Shown one piece after another: positions 63,851-64,000 of a stretch of DNA of 64,000 nt. The position numbers were made by a program, and so were the translations under genes. The stretch comes from Eledone cirrhosa (taxonomy: Eukaryota): the NCBI GenBank assembly GCA_964016885.1, contig OZ024743.1, positions 56,234,001-56,298,000 on the forward strand, in the 5' to 3' direction. The notes under the pieces are model-generated. The model was given only the letters and a program-made list of their open reading frames with translations, searched no databases and was not told the origin of the DNA. The first letter of the stretch is position 1. Each line of letters begins with the position of its first letter.

Positions 63851-64000
63851 TGGTGGTGGTGGTGATTGTGGTGGTTGCGGTTGCGGTGGTTGTCGTGGTG
63901 ATGTTGATGATGGTGGTGGTTGTGTTTGTGGTGGTGATGGTGGTGATGATTGTGGTGGTGGTGGTTGTGGTGGTGATGATGGTGATGGTGGTGGGGTGGG
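63851..64000. repeat. (GGT)n/(GAT)n trinucleotide repeat
   Basis: Directly visible. Confidence 0.93.

Overview
Eukaryotic, repeat-saturated DNA with no recognisable host exon. The SINE families and microsatellite density suggest an octopus or other coleoid cephalopod (inference). About 45 kb is a cluster of L1/Tx1-clade non-LTR retrotransposons (APE endonuclease + RT ORF2, CCHC-knuckle ORF1), labelled A-J here. They sit head-to-tail inside microsatellites: A-D in (GATA)n and E-J in (TAA)n, with fixed strand polarity. R4/Dong-type elements use the same (TAA)n tracts in the opposite polarity. Also present are tRNA-derived SINEs, two non-autonomous Helitrons, hAT and pogo/Tigger-like MITEs, RTE and Penelope-like fragments, and four hammerhead ribozyme motifs. 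The main new signal: six of the seven full-length Tx1 copies carry an AG|GTAAGT-type splice donor 35-40 nt upstream of the ORF2 start (the seventh has a one-base variant), and ORF2 usually ends in CTGTAG, so its stop codon could double as a splice acceptor. ORF2 would then be one removable intron, giving an ORF1-only mRNA that terminates within 0-3 codons of the junction. Other notable items are a SINE tail matching the Tx1 3' end, a 5'UTR hairpin conserved in structure, ORF1/ORF2 module swapping, and a 548-bp tandem unit bounded by two hammerheads. All calls are by eye; element boundaries are approximate.
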